A stretch of 64,000 nucleotides of DNA from Mesotaenium endlicherianum (lineage: Eukaryota): contig WELA01003597.1 in NCBI GenBank assembly GCA_009602735.1, positions 813,157 through 877,156 on the forward strand. The letters are read 5' to 3'. Below are positions 42,620 to 55,240 of this stretch, piece after piece (the first letter of the stretch is position 1; the number at the start of each line of letters is the position of its first letter). The notes under the pieces are model-generated. The model was not told the DNA's origin. It worked only from the letters and a program-made list of their open reading frames with translations, and made no database searches. The translations under genes and the position numbers were made by a program.

Positions 42620-44279
42620 ATGGTTCCACCAAAAGAAAGAGGGCAAAGAAGAGTACCCCTGAAAGTGTGCAGTCTATTTGCTGGTATAGGTGGCTTTGTG
42701 TTGCCATTTCACAGTCACGGGCATGAAATTTGTGTCTTTGTCGAAAGCAATCCTCACTGTTAGGCCCTCCTCGGGGAGTATTTTCCTGGTGTTCAAGTCC
42801 ATTCGAATGTAGTGAGCATGGGCAGTCTTCCCCCAGGCATCGACCTTGTCCTGGCGATATTCCCCTGCCAGAATGTGTCTACGGGAGGGAACACAGGTGA
42901 GGAGGTTGCGTCGTTGAAGCGAACCAGCTCATTGTTTACCTATGGCGCCTGTTAGAACAGCAGAGAGTGCCTATTCTGGAGAATGTCTCGGGGCTACTCA
43001 CGAGAAAAAACGCAGAGTGGGACTCCCTACATATCCTATGTCGCTCACAATCTGCACGCCTTGCGATACAATTGGGCTTACTGAACCGTGCCTGTCCTTT
43101 GGCCAGCCCCAAGCTAGGGAGCGGGTTGTCATATCGACCAAGCGCTGGGGAGATCCGCGTGACCTGCTATTGACTTCTCGCGCTTTTTGTATTCAGACAA
43201 GTATATGCATCTGTGCCCATCACAGCCTGGTGGAGAAGACAGAGTACAAGGAAATGTGGGTATCTGGATTGAATGAGGCAGCGACCTATAAGGGATACGG
43301 CCTCTGTCTGACCATCACGTGCGTGAAATCCAACCTCCTTGTCGTGGCAGAGGAGGTGGGCCGCATCTCTCGCCTCCGGGTGCTAGACGTGGAGGAGGTA
43401 GAGACCCTGCAAGGATTTCAAGTCGGCTGGACAAATTGTATGGCCCACGCAAAGCGTCAGCTTTATCACTTAGGAAATGCCATTCCGGTGGGCCTTTTGG
43501 CATGGATCGAGAGTAGAGTATCTTACGCCTACAAAAACAAGTACGGTTTCACAAAGGACCCGCCGTTGCACGAGGTGGGCACCTGGCCAAAGGCTGCTTA
43601 GCAGATGCAGAGTGGTGATTTCAGGGTACACCAGACGATCCACGTGTCGGCACTGGTAGATGCTCCTCCCGTCGCTTCCATTCCCGATTCTCTTGTGCAC
43701 AGGTTGATTGAGGAACAAAGGTGCGCTAAGAGCAAACTCGTGGAGTGGTTCAATCGGCGGCGGTGTGACAAAGAGTGGGCAAGCATTGGAAGCCTGGCCC
43801 AGCCCATGAGACAGGCATTGTTGGCGACGTGTCATTTGTCCCTCTGCCAGGCGGCAATCGATGTGCTGTCAACACGAAGTGAGCTCGGCGGTCCGCCACG
43901 AGTGGAGGGTGGCCTCACAAAGGAACAGTGGGCCTCGCTGAACCTCCTGTCCACAGGAAGGCAAAAGCCCGTGAGAGATAGCTGTGGCGCCCTGAGGTGC
44001 GCCCTGCCTTTCGGCCACTTTGTGGAGGAGGAGATTAGAGTGAAGAAGGATTTTGGTCATTTTACTTGTGATATGCTGGCAACAGCCTTCAACACGTGGC
44101 TTTCCGGCAAAAGTGCACATGGCCAGCCTCAGCACAAGTGTAACCGGAAGCATGTGAGCACGCTGGTGGAGATCGACGGCCTACATTGGCAAAGGGGCAA
44201 CAAGTATCCCAGGATCTTTAAGGACAAGTGCTTGATAGGACAATTTGATGACGGAATCCAGTGTGTGGGAGGAAGTTAA
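42620..44279 (+). pseudogene. Intronless bacterial-type C5 cytosine DNA methyltransferase with C-terminal extension, disrupted
   Basis: Motif I SLFAGIGG (F at 42677), IV FPCQ (42860), VI LENV (E at 42979), VIII FGQPQARERV (~43100), IX RVLDVEEVETLQGF, X LGNAIPV (~43473); stops at 42761 and 43599 plus frameshifts. Confidence 0.9.
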
Positions 44280-44725
44280 AATAGCACTTGATAGTTAGGA
44301 ATGAGTAGGTCAGACGTTTTGCAGTGGATGATTGCAATTGTACTAGTGATCATTTGAGTAAAGATTATTTGGAATGCTGCCAGACTCATGCGCTGAATTC
44401 ATTACACAAATAACTCTGAGGTAGAGTACCCTGTGCGAAGGTACTAGAGCTCGAGCTCATACTCAATGCTCCACCTCAATTGAAAAAGCAGCTGTAGCTT
44501 CATATGTGCTGGGCTCTTGTGATACAACTTTCACGAGCCCACTAAAAAACACTACCTTCAGCTGCAGGACTTTAATATTGTTTCTAAATTTGCGTGACCC
44601 AAGGGGGAAGAGACATGATCCTAAATACCTATCTAACAAAGTCACAGCTGTTCACAAGTGGGCCATACAGTAGAAGGCACTACGATTACAGCCATCGCTG
44701 TTTTCCAAGGACCTTCCCTGCATAA

Positions 44726-45163
44726 CTACCCTGAACTATCACAACTAGCAGCAGCAGCGAATTCAGCTGGCTGCAATGAAGTATCAGACTGACAACCGCG
44801 CGGAATGGGACTAACCCTATAAGACTCCCATAACAAACTCAAGTAGGGAGGAGATTTTGCCTTCTTGGTCTTTACGATGTTTGCGTCCAATGACAGGCTG
44901 GGGTTGTTGACCACAAAGGTTCTACACTTTTCTGAAAGAGCTACGGTGCTACCCCTGCTGTACTTAGCCTCATCCTTATTCACGTTCTTTTGTGATACCC
45001 ATAACCGTTCGTCGTTATCATAGAAGAAAGCTGCAAATATGCCTTTTTGTAACTCTATGCACTGTCCATTGAAGAAGACGTCAGCATGATGTATGCCCAC
45101 CTCTTTCTGTGCCCACGCTTTTCCAAAGAAGACGGCAGGAAAGCAAATGAAGTTACTGCTCAT
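44726..45163 (-). CDS. Unknown ~145-aa protein, paralog of the 42073-42531 ORF
   Basis: SNFICFPAVFFGKAWA...FNGQCIELQKGIFAAFF...LWV. Confidence 0.6.
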   Translation of the reverse strand: MSSNFICFPAVFFGKAWAQKEVGIHHADVFFNGQCIELQKGIFAAFFYDNDERLWVSQKNVNKDEAKYSRGSTVALSEKCRTFVVNNPSLSLDANIVKTKKAKSPPYLSLLWESYRVSPIPRGCQSDTSLQPAEFAAAASCDSSG

Positions 45164-45299
45164 CGGATAGTAGACAACCTTGTTCAAAGGCGGCCTGCCA
45201 TTGGAGACAGTCACATGTAAGAAAATGGTGTAATGAGCTGTATGGCAATATCGTGCTCAATCTCTAACAAAAACTCCAAATGATTTGCAATTGGCATTG

Positions 45300-45397
45300 C
45301 TCTCTCTCTCTCTCTCTCTTTATTCCTCTCCCTCTCTCTCCCTTGCCCTCTCCCTCTCCCTCTCCCTCTCTCCCTCTCCCTCTCCCTCTCCCTCTCT
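45300..45397. repeat. (CT)n / (CTCTCC)n simple repeat
   Basis: Directly visible. Confidence 0.9.
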
Positions 45398-45544
45398 ACT
45401 TGGCCAGCAGTTTGTGTGTGAAAGATGCATAGCAGCAGTGCAGCACAGCAGCGCTGTACCAATCTGCAGGCGTCCAATCAATTCAGATAAGGTTAAAACA
45501 ACTCACTTGTGTCTTTGTCGCCATAGTCGCCACCCACGCAGTCA

Positions 45545-45690
45545 CTTGTTTCTAACAATTTTATACTCTTGACAAGTGTACAATCGTCGGTAGTGGAATG
45601 AAGTTGTGCATCAATGCACACAAATGAGCATCCAACCATCGGCATCCTCGTCGGGTGGTAGGCTTCCTACACACTGGACACTTGCCCCTC
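45545..45690 (-). pseudogene. Degenerate PHD-finger-like exon remnant
   Basis: Across frameshifts: GKCPVCRK / AYHPTRMPMVGCSF / VH*C...LYTCQEY, after a ttttcttgcag acceptor. Confidence 0.4.
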
Positions 45691-45966
45691 CTGCAAGAAA
45701 ATCAGTGCACGAGCAAAAACGGAAACAGGCACCTGTTAGAACATTATGAGGCTCTCAGGTGTGTAGATAAACCTGCAGATGACAGTGGGATGTACGTAAT
45801 ATTTAGCCACACATTGGAGTGCCATTCATAAATTACAGCACCAGTCGTTGAGGAAAGGTAACTATTAAGAGACCTCCACTTACCCTATTTCAAGTGATGT
45901 CTCAATACACCTTTTGCAAAACCTATGGCCGTAATCTTGTACCTCCACGGGGGTGTTCATAATATC

Positions 45967-46686
45967 TGAAATGAATCGACTTACCAAATAAGCGATAAAC
46001 AATTAATAAAGATCTTTATATCAGCAAGTAATCTTTATGGTAATTTCCGTTAACCGGTTAAACGGCAAAGGACAATACACTAGCAGTGAATAATACTCAT
46101 AAGTCAAATGCGAGTAAAGTAGCATCAACAATGCAAATCAGTAAACTCATACATAAGCAAGGTTAGAAGACAGTGCGTAACAATGGCTTCTCGGCTTGGA
46201 TTCAGATCTCTCTCGGTAAGCTGTACAAGAGAGTTGGCCTCGTTTCCGAATGCCGAACTCGAGAGCAATGTCTAGCATATGTACATGGAATGAGTTTACT
46301 GTTCAACGGTCAGTGCGATGGCACCGCCTACCCGGGAGTTAACCACGTTGGTAGGACCTCGGTTAACCAAATCCACCGCCATCTCCCATCATCCCGAATA
46401 GCCATCCATCATAGGGATGTCATCTGGCCATTCATCTAGCATATCGTACTTAGGTTTAAGTCAAGGCAGTTTGCTGCTACCGAGTACGGAAGTCAGCTGG
46501 CTGTCAAAGAATGGGTCAGCAAGCTGACTTATATGGACTTCAGCCTGCTGCTTCCGGCTGAGTCATTAAACTGATAATTATGTAAAGTTCAGCAGACTGA
46601 CTATGAACTAAAGTTGAGTAGGCTGAACTTAATTAACTATTATATTTATATGAATATTATATCCACTAATATACTTATTCATTACA
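45967..46686 (-). mobile_element. Family A solo LTR with 5-bp TSD
   Basis: TSD ATATC at 45962-45966 and 46687-46691. Confidence 0.94.
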
Positions 46687-49253
46687 ATATCTGCCAAACA
46701 AAAAAGTGGATTAAGTCCAGGACCACCTTCTGGATTGCGTACAATGCTGAAATCTGAATCGTTGACCTCGTGCTCATCACACTGAATATCTTGCACAACT
46801 ATGAAAACACAAGCGCGTTCTCACCTAAACATATGGAACAGAGACATGCTGCGAAAGTAGAGTCCTCTGACATGTGCTCATTCCTCATAGCAGAGATTTC
46901 TCTGTCTGGTGCTAGTGCTATATTGTGACACAATGTAGGCTTGTCTATAGTAGCTCGTTGACTGAAAGCGGTGGTGCGGTTTTAGAATGGGGAGTTAATG
47001 GTAAAAGGGCCCATCATGTTGCATTCTTAGTGTACGAGATGAAGTGACATTAGAGCAAACTCATCCTTCAAAAATTGGCGTCAAATTTGTGAATTTTGGC
47101 TCAGAGGAGGGAAAGTGGCCTGCGAAGGTGCATCACTGTCACTACTGAGTTCGGCATCTTTGGGCGGTGATGACGGTATTGACAATGGCCTACCTTCCAC
47201 CTCAATGGTACTCTGTGGATGAATGTGGACATCAGAAAGCCGTTATTGGCGCAGTATGGCGTAGTGGAAAAAGATGGTGTGGATCCTTGAGCGACCACCT
47301 TCCCTGCGTGATAATGGATTGGGTCGCTACCCCAAAGTCCTTCCACCCTTTTGCCCTTAATTTACGTAATATTTCCGTCGTACTGTTGCATTGCTCCTGA
47401 AATGATCCTCATATTTTCGTCAACCTCATGCACATTTCCTGAACGAGCAGACGATGGATCAAACCTCCGTCAAGGCCATGCTTCGTAACCAATTCATTAC
47501 AGAAGGTTATCTCATCTTTCAAGGGCTATACTACTTAGCAATACAATTGTGTGGACATCTCTGAAGGTCATCTTGCTGTGACCCGCAAAATGCTGCATCA
47601 TTTGGCGGTTATATACATGCCAATCACGGGATTTTGTTGTCATTTGCTAACAGCCGGTGGGCCGTGTGCATGACCAGATATGTCGGTCACTTGAAGTATG
47701 TTCGACACAGAGTTCTTATTTCGCTCGCGCTTGGTTGGTTTTTGCACAGAGGTTGGACGTGGTTGAACAACTCTTGTGATCTTCGACACAATGAATGACG
47801 TCCAATCACGTCCAATCGTCAAACCCGAGCTCCAGCTACTCGGGAACGGGGTACCTGGCCGACGTGGACCACCGTGGACTGTGGCAATCCTCCAACCTTG
47901 TCCTTTGATACCTCTATCGAGCTCTGTGCTACAATAAAATGCACATGCAGAGCCATGGCTGCATGTAAGTGGCTCAGGGGTATATTCCTACATGGAAAAC
48001 TTTGTATCCACAACTGGAGACCTGCGTGCAATGCATAAGGCGACTGTTGTGTTTAGAACGATCCGAGCTATTTTAGGCGTATTTGGGACGTTTTCCCAAT
48101 TACCTAAAGGACGTTATATTATTTATCATATTATTTGATAAATGATTGCATCATATTCAATTATTCGCCACACGCGTGTGCCGGTTAATTCCTGGTCGAT
48201 TGGGGAAACGACCGAGATACTATTGCAACGCGTCGTAACGTAACTCGACTACTTCGCAAAAGTACGACATAATTATTCATAAAGTTACTTTGATTAATTA
48301 TGAGATGGTAACTTAATAAATCTTGGATTGATTAAGTTGATATGATTGTCATTATTTCGCATAATGCACAGTCAAAGATTTCGCATTTACGACCAGTCAT
48401 TAATACGAAGAAACAGTCGTAAAAGTCAAACAACACATAATATGCAAAGCGACTTTGCATCCGAGCAAATTCGAACCCGCGACTCGTTGTTTGAAACGTT
48501 CACACCTAACCGATTGGCGAAGTAGTTAATTATAATTCCCGGTTCATGACAAAAGCATCTGTACGCGCCTCCGCGAACAGTCGCCACTTTTTCAAAAGTC
48601 GCGCGAACGCGAAAACGCCCGTTTGGCGTGAAACGGTTTTTCAAAAATCGTTGAAAAGTCTCCAAACCGCCAAACGGTGCGTTTTGAGCATTCGGCTGAA
48701 TGGGTCGTACCCCTTGGACCGTTTTCGTTGAGCATGAACCAGTGCCCTAGGTGGTGACTCGAAGCACTCCAGTGCCTCACAATTTGCAAGTATAAATACT
48801 CGCAAGAGTCATTGTGAGTGCAACTCTCACAAGCACACATTCTACGTTAGTTTTCATTTCTGCTATTTCAAGTATTCGTCAATTCGCACAGGTATACAGA
48901 TTTTCTTTCCACTTCAATTAAATATTCCTTGAATATCGAGGAAAGATCCTCTTGAAAAGCAGATACGTTACATTGGTATCGGAGCCGATCTCGGCTTCTC
49001 CAAGGATTTTTTATTTTTTTTAGTGGTTGGAATATATTTAGGAAATATACTTTGGGGTCTTTTCGTACTAGGAGGGTCACCCATCCCAGTACTGCCATGG
49101 GCTACGGTCGCTTATCGTAGAAATCTATTTGGGGCTAATTTGCGTACTGGACAATCACCCATCCCAGTTCTGCTCTGAACCTACTGTCGCTTCTCATAGA
49201 CACTTCCGACTGGAATTTTTTTATCTCTTCTTCGGCGCTGCCTTGGCTTTCCT

Positions 49254-52200
49254 ATGGATGCCAACAATCATGCCGATGCTATTGCTACCGCCGCTGCTGC
49301 GGCCGCTAATGCTAATGTTAATGAAGGTGGCGCTCCTGCTCAAGAAACTGGCGCTCCTTCTGAGCTATTTACAACACGACTTAGTGAGCAGGAAATTCTT
49401 GGTGTTTGTGCGCATGCACCAAAGGTTCTTGTTCACTCTGGCATACCCGATATAAATATACTTCGAAACGAATATATTTGTATCCAAGTGTTGAGCTTTG
49501 CTGAGTTCTTGGAACTCGAGTGTATCCATGATTCCATGTTCTTGCACTTTCAGCCGTTTGATCCTAACCTTGACAAGTGTTACGCACACTTGGCTCGTTT
49601 AAGGAAAATGCACAAATGCCTTGCACCAATTTATATTGCTGCATTCGCAACACGACACCCGTATGGTGAGTCAATAACTTATTTTCGGGCTGGATTGGCA
49701 ACGCAAAATGGGACTTTGGTAAAGGACCTTCAAATTTCTCACATTCCTCTCAAGGCGAGGACATTGCTAGTGATGCATAATGCTTCTTTGGGGTTAAGTA
49801 TGACGTTTGACGCGAAAGTTTCAGGCAAGTCATGCTTTACAATCATTGATTCAGGCGCATCAGTGAGCTTCATTAGTGCATGTTTTGCACAAGGGATGAA
49901 GTTGATTCCACCACTCAAGGACAAGGAACTTCGCCTTGGCGATGGCTCGTTAGCTTGTATTATTGGAAAGATAAAGTTGCAACTCAAAGTGCAATACATC
50001 GGTCACGAACAATTCTATGTCACTGAATTGCTCGCTGGTATTGATGCAATTTTGGGTACGACTTGGCTTACGCAGACAAGTGCATTGCTTAACATCCGTC
50101 AAAAGACATGCATTGTTCACAAAGGGACAAGGAAGATTACACTCCAGTCTCTTAAGCCCGATACGGTCATAGAAAGTCCTTCAAAGACTCTTCTAATGTT
50201 CATCAAGCAAGCTAGACGTTTGGCAAAACGAGGTCAAAATATTTTCTTTAGATTACTGCGACCTGATTCCCCAGTCACTTCCACTAAGCTCTTTACGGAA
50301 GAGCCCGTGTTAGACGTGATTGGTCACGAAGAGACACTCACAGCTGAACTTTCTGCTCTTTTGCAAAAGTACAAATCAGTGTTTCGAAGAAAATTACCAG
50401 CCGGGCTTCCGCCTGATAGGGGTATTGGACATACGATTCCTCTCATTCCCAATTCTCAACCGACTTGGAGACCGATTTATCGCCTCAGTCCGTTGGAGAT
50501 GAACGAAATGAAGGACCAAATTAGCGATTTGCTTGAGAAAGGATGGATTGAGCCAAGCTCTTCTCCATTTGGGGCCCCCATCCTATTTGTTCAAAAAAAA
50601 GATGGAACGCTCAGGATGTGCATTGATTATTGTGCTTTGAACAACATAACGGTCAAGAACCGCTATTCGTTACCTCGCATTGATGACTTGTTTGATTCGC
50701 TGAATGGGGCATGCGTGTTCTCCTTGCTTGATTTAGCCCAAGGCTATCATCAAATACGAATCACACTAGAGGATGTACCCAAGACAGCGTTTCGGACGCC
50801 TATTGGGCATTTCCAATACAAAGTCCTAAGTTTTGGACTTACCAATGCACCCGCGACATTCCACAGCACGATAAACGATTTGTTTCGACCGTACTTGGGG
50901 AAATTCGTCCAGGTTTACCTCGACGATATCCTGTTCTATTTAAAGAACAAGGACGAGCATTACAAGCACCTTGAATTGGTGTTGCAAATCCATCGTGAGC
51001 AACAGCTGTATGCTAAGCTCAAGAAATGTTCCTTCCTGAAGGATGAACTGTTGTACCTCGAACATATAGTGGGTTCGAAAGGGGTGCGCCCTGACCCAGC
51101 CAAGATTGCGTGCGTCGCTGATTGGCCTGTCCCAAAAAATGTACATACTGTACGTTCATTCCTTGGGTTTGCTAACTACTTTCGTAAGTTTATGCAAGGG
51201 TATTCAGTGATGGCCGCGCCACTCACTGCTCTGACAAGGAAAGATATGAGAATACGCAACATGCGTCCGAGCGCATTAAGTATGCAATCACTAATGCGCC
51301 ACTTCTTTCATTAGCCGATCCCGACTTGCCTGACGAGGTAGTCGCCGATGCGTTTGGTGTTGGAATAGGGGTTGTTTTGCTGCAGGCAGGCAAGCCTATC
51401 AGTTGTGAGAGTCGAAAGCTGACACCTGCCGAACAAAATTTCTCCACGACAGAGCAGGAGCTCTGGGCAGTCATATACGCTTTAAAGACTTGGCGATGTT
51501 ATTTGGAAGGCTGCAGTGGTTACGGATCACTGCCCAAATGTCTTCTTTCATATACAGCCCACGCTATCAAGACGCCAGACGAGATGGTCTGAGTTCTTGC
51601 AACGATTCCACTTTAACTGGGCGTATCGCCCTGGTCGCAATAATGTTGCGGACCCTCTAAGTCGAATTCCCCTTCACCACTTGATGTTGGGGATTGGTGC
51701 TAGTTTGCAAGGACAAAACGGTCAGGTGTCAAGGGCGACCACCCTTGATTCTACTCTACCCCCCCAGACGACTGGCGTTGCACGGCCTGGTGACGCGGGC
51801 CAATCCGATTTGGATAGCATGCATAACTCGCAAGTACTTGACCTGCATCAACTGTTTCGCGAGTGCTATCTCAAAGATCCGTTTTTCCTAGGTCTCCAAG
51901 GTACTGGCTTGAACAATGTAGCCGTAACGATGGACTGTATGGATAAAAGGAAAGAACACTCAAGCTAATCGTTTGAGGACGGTTTTTAGTGGCACAATGG
52001 GCGCATTGCTGTCTCAGAAGGCCAAGTAAGACATGTGCTACTACGAGAAGCGCATGACTCTCCTTACTTTGGTCACCATGGATATACCAAAACCACACAC
52101 GCTTTGCGCCGAGGGTACATTTGGCCGTCCCTCAATAAAGTACTTTTGCAAACTAAAAACCTCCAACTGAAGCACCCAGGAAAGCGCAAGCTTCTGCCTC

Positions 52201-52551
52201 GCTGGGTAGGCCCTTTTTATCGTTATCGCAAAGGTTGGACCTGTTGCATACCGACTGGATTTGCCTAAATCCATGGGGCGAACGTATCCTGTGTTCCATG
52301 TCAGTTTACTTAAGCTGTTTAGGTGCGATGGCCGCTATCAGCCGCAAGCACCGGAATTGCAACTCGTCGATGATGATAAGGCCTGGGATGTAGAGGAGGT
52401 CTTAGGACACTGCTACACTCGTCATAAGCCTCCCAGAGTGGAGCTTTTGATTAAATCGCTAGATTACGATTCTAGTTGGAATTCGTATGAACCTCAGGAT
52501 GAGATCCTCCTTAATTGTAAGGACTTGGTTCAAAGATATTGGTTACGATAG
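49254..52551 (+). pseudogene. pol: pol of B1 (PR, RT, RH, partial IN, chromodomain)
   Basis: IIDSGASVSFI, YLDDIL, TTEQELWAV, AHDSPYFGHHG, WVGPF, WDVEEVLGH...WNSYEP. Confidence 0.93.
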
Positions 52552-53078
52552 GCTCAAGCTCAAGAGCTCTGCGCCGAGGCAGGTGTGCTACCAAGCGCTC
52601 TTCGTAAACCATGGAACAAACGCAAAAGAGACGCGGCCAAATAATCACTCTTTTCCGTCACTGTGATGATGCATAGTCCAATCGCTCACCAATGTTTTCC
52701 GCTAGTCAAGGCTAGTATTGACACGTTCAGATTGAAAAGACGTACGCTTAACGAGGACGTTAAGTTCTTTTAAGGGGGGAGGAGTGTAACGATCCGAGCT
52801 ATTTTAGGCGTATTTGGGACGTTTTCCCAATTATCTAAAGTTCGTTATACTATTTATCATATTATTTGATAAATGATTGTATCATATTCAATTATTCGCC
52901 ACACGCATGTGCCGACTAATTCCTGGTCGATTGGCGAAACGACCGAGACACTATTGCAAAAAGCGTCGTAACGTAATTCGCCTACTTCGCAAAAGTACGA
53001 CATAATTATTCATAAAGTTACTTTGATTAATTATGTGATGATAACTTAATAAATCTTGGATTCATTAAGTTGATATGA

Positions 53079-54616
53079 TGTCGTGCCTAACAGTGTCGGT
53101 CCCTCGGCACGTGCGTAGCCTATCAGCACATGTGCCTTGGACCAGGTTGATGTGTTGGTGGCCCTCCTCACGTGTGGGCAAACATGGTCGATCGTCCTTC
53201 GCACGTGTGTCGGTGACAAGCCTTACCAAGGTTGACCCATCCCTGGCTCCTGAACTTGCACCATGCAACCATGACCAACACTCAGAGCAACGTTCTCCTT
53301 CACCCAGCTCTCACCATCTGCTTATCCTAAGACTTAGCAAAAAAATTTAAAAATACTTGCCTTGCCTTAATTCCTCTTACAAGGACGGAAGTCTCTTACT
53401 TCCACATAGGCTTTATGCCTGAAGGTTCTTGGGTTCACAGGCGAGCAAATTGTAGTTTGCAAAAATCACACTCTAAGCAGCTTGACATACAACGTCAGAT
53501 TCAGAGAAAATCGCCCTTCAGGCTTCCGCTTAACTTTCACAAAGTCACAGCTTACAAAACTCTGAAACTACACGTTTATGCTGGCCTGGGTCAAGCTCTT
53601 CACTTAACACCGCGCCTTAACAGCTCTTCACTGCCAGGCTAGGCTCACTCAGTCCTTCACTGAGAGTTTTATCTGCCAATACTACTCTCTCTCTTCGAGA
53701 TGCGAATGCGACTTTTGAGAACCTGGAAAGTAACATACAACTCACCATTTTAAGGCTGCTTCACACACACTTGTGGCGTTCGGCCGAATCTGTGCTAATC
53801 TCCTAGTAGATTCTATTCTGCAGTTCTCCTACGTTCAACAGTGAGATTCCCTCTTGGGAACTCCTACAATCCTAACTTATCTATGATACATTGAGAAGAA
53901 CATTCACCGCCGGCAGAAGTGTGGGGCCTCGGCTCTCCAATGGCCTTGGGAACTCCTTCTTCTTCTTCGCGCCCTTCTTCTCCTTGCTTCTTCTTGGCAA
54001 AAGTGCGTGAGAGTGAATGACATGTCTCAAGCAAGAGTTGTGCCTTTCGCAGGCACCACACAGCGTTATCTTTTGAGAATGCCGTGCTTAGTCACAAAGC
54101 TTAGCTGCATGTCGCTTCGGCCTAGCCATGCTCAACTCAAACTCGTAGTCACTTAGCATGCATGCACACCTCGTGACTGTCGCGCGTGGCTGCTTAGCTT
54201 CTCAGCTAGCAGTCACGCCTAATTGGCTCGTGGCTAAGAACTCCTGAGCGGCGTGTACAAGCAAATGCCACTTGCTCAAGATTTCCAACCGGGCGGCCGT
54301 AACCTATCTTGGCATTGCAGCCATGACCTCGCTTAATCTGCTAGTCACACAGTACCTGACTTGGTACCTGCTGGGCGGCTCATCACTGATCCCCAACTTC
54401 TAGCCTCGCGGTTGTCCATGCTGTCAAAACCTCCCCCATTCCTAGGTGTGGGGCACATTGACATTGACCCCTTGCCAGTGGCCTTGACGCCGACATGACC
54501 GCTGACTGCGACGTAATCAGTCAAGTGGTCGGTGAGTCAACGTTGAATTTCCGTACCTGGGTGGCCGTAGCTTGCGCTGCGCGTGCGGCACCGTCAAACG
54601 GATAGGAGTCGCGACA
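53079..54616. mobile_element. 1538-bp insertion in the B1 3' LTR; probable solo LTR of a third family (C)
   Basis: TGTCGTG...CGCGACA termini, 4-bp TSD ATGA; the B LTR resumes exactly afterwards. Confidence 0.85.
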
Positions 54617-55240
54617 ATGATTGTCATTATTTTGGATTATGCATTGTCATAGATTTCGCATTTACGACCAGTTGTTAATACAAAGAAACAGTCGTAAAAG
54701 TCAAACGACACATAATATGCAAAGCGACTTTGCATCCGAGCGGATTCGAACCCGCGACTCGTCGTTTGAAACGTTCACACCTAACCAATTGGCAAAGTAG
54801 TTAATTATAATTTCCGGTTCATGACGAAAGCATCTGTATGCGACTCCGCAAACAATCGCGACTTTTCAAAAGTCGCGCGAACGCGAAAACGCTGATTTGG
54901 CGTGAAACGGTTTTTCGGATACCGTCGAAAAGTCTCCAAACCGCCAAACGGTGCGTTTCGAGCATTCGGCCGAATGGGTCGTACCCCTTCGACCGTTTTT
55001 GTTGAACATGAACCAGTGCCCTAGGTGGTGACTCGAAGCACTCCAATGCCTCACGATTTGCAAGTATAAATACTCGCAAGAGTCATTGTAAGTGCAACTC
55101 TCACAAGCACACATTCTACGTTATTTTTCATTTTCGCTATTTCAAGTATTCGTCAATTTGCACAAGTATACAGATTTTCTTTCCACTTCAATCAAATATT
55201 CCTTGAATACCGAGGTACAAGTAGTGCTGACGAGGGACCG

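Larger units (their letters stand above)
48054..55215 (+). mobile_element. Ty3/gypsy chromovirus element B1, internally deleted
   Basis: 5' LTR 48054-48972, PBS TGGTATCGGAGCC at 48974, pol, PPT AAGGGGGGAGGAG 52772-52784, 3' LTR from 52785 (interrupted, truncated near 55215). Confidence 0.92.
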
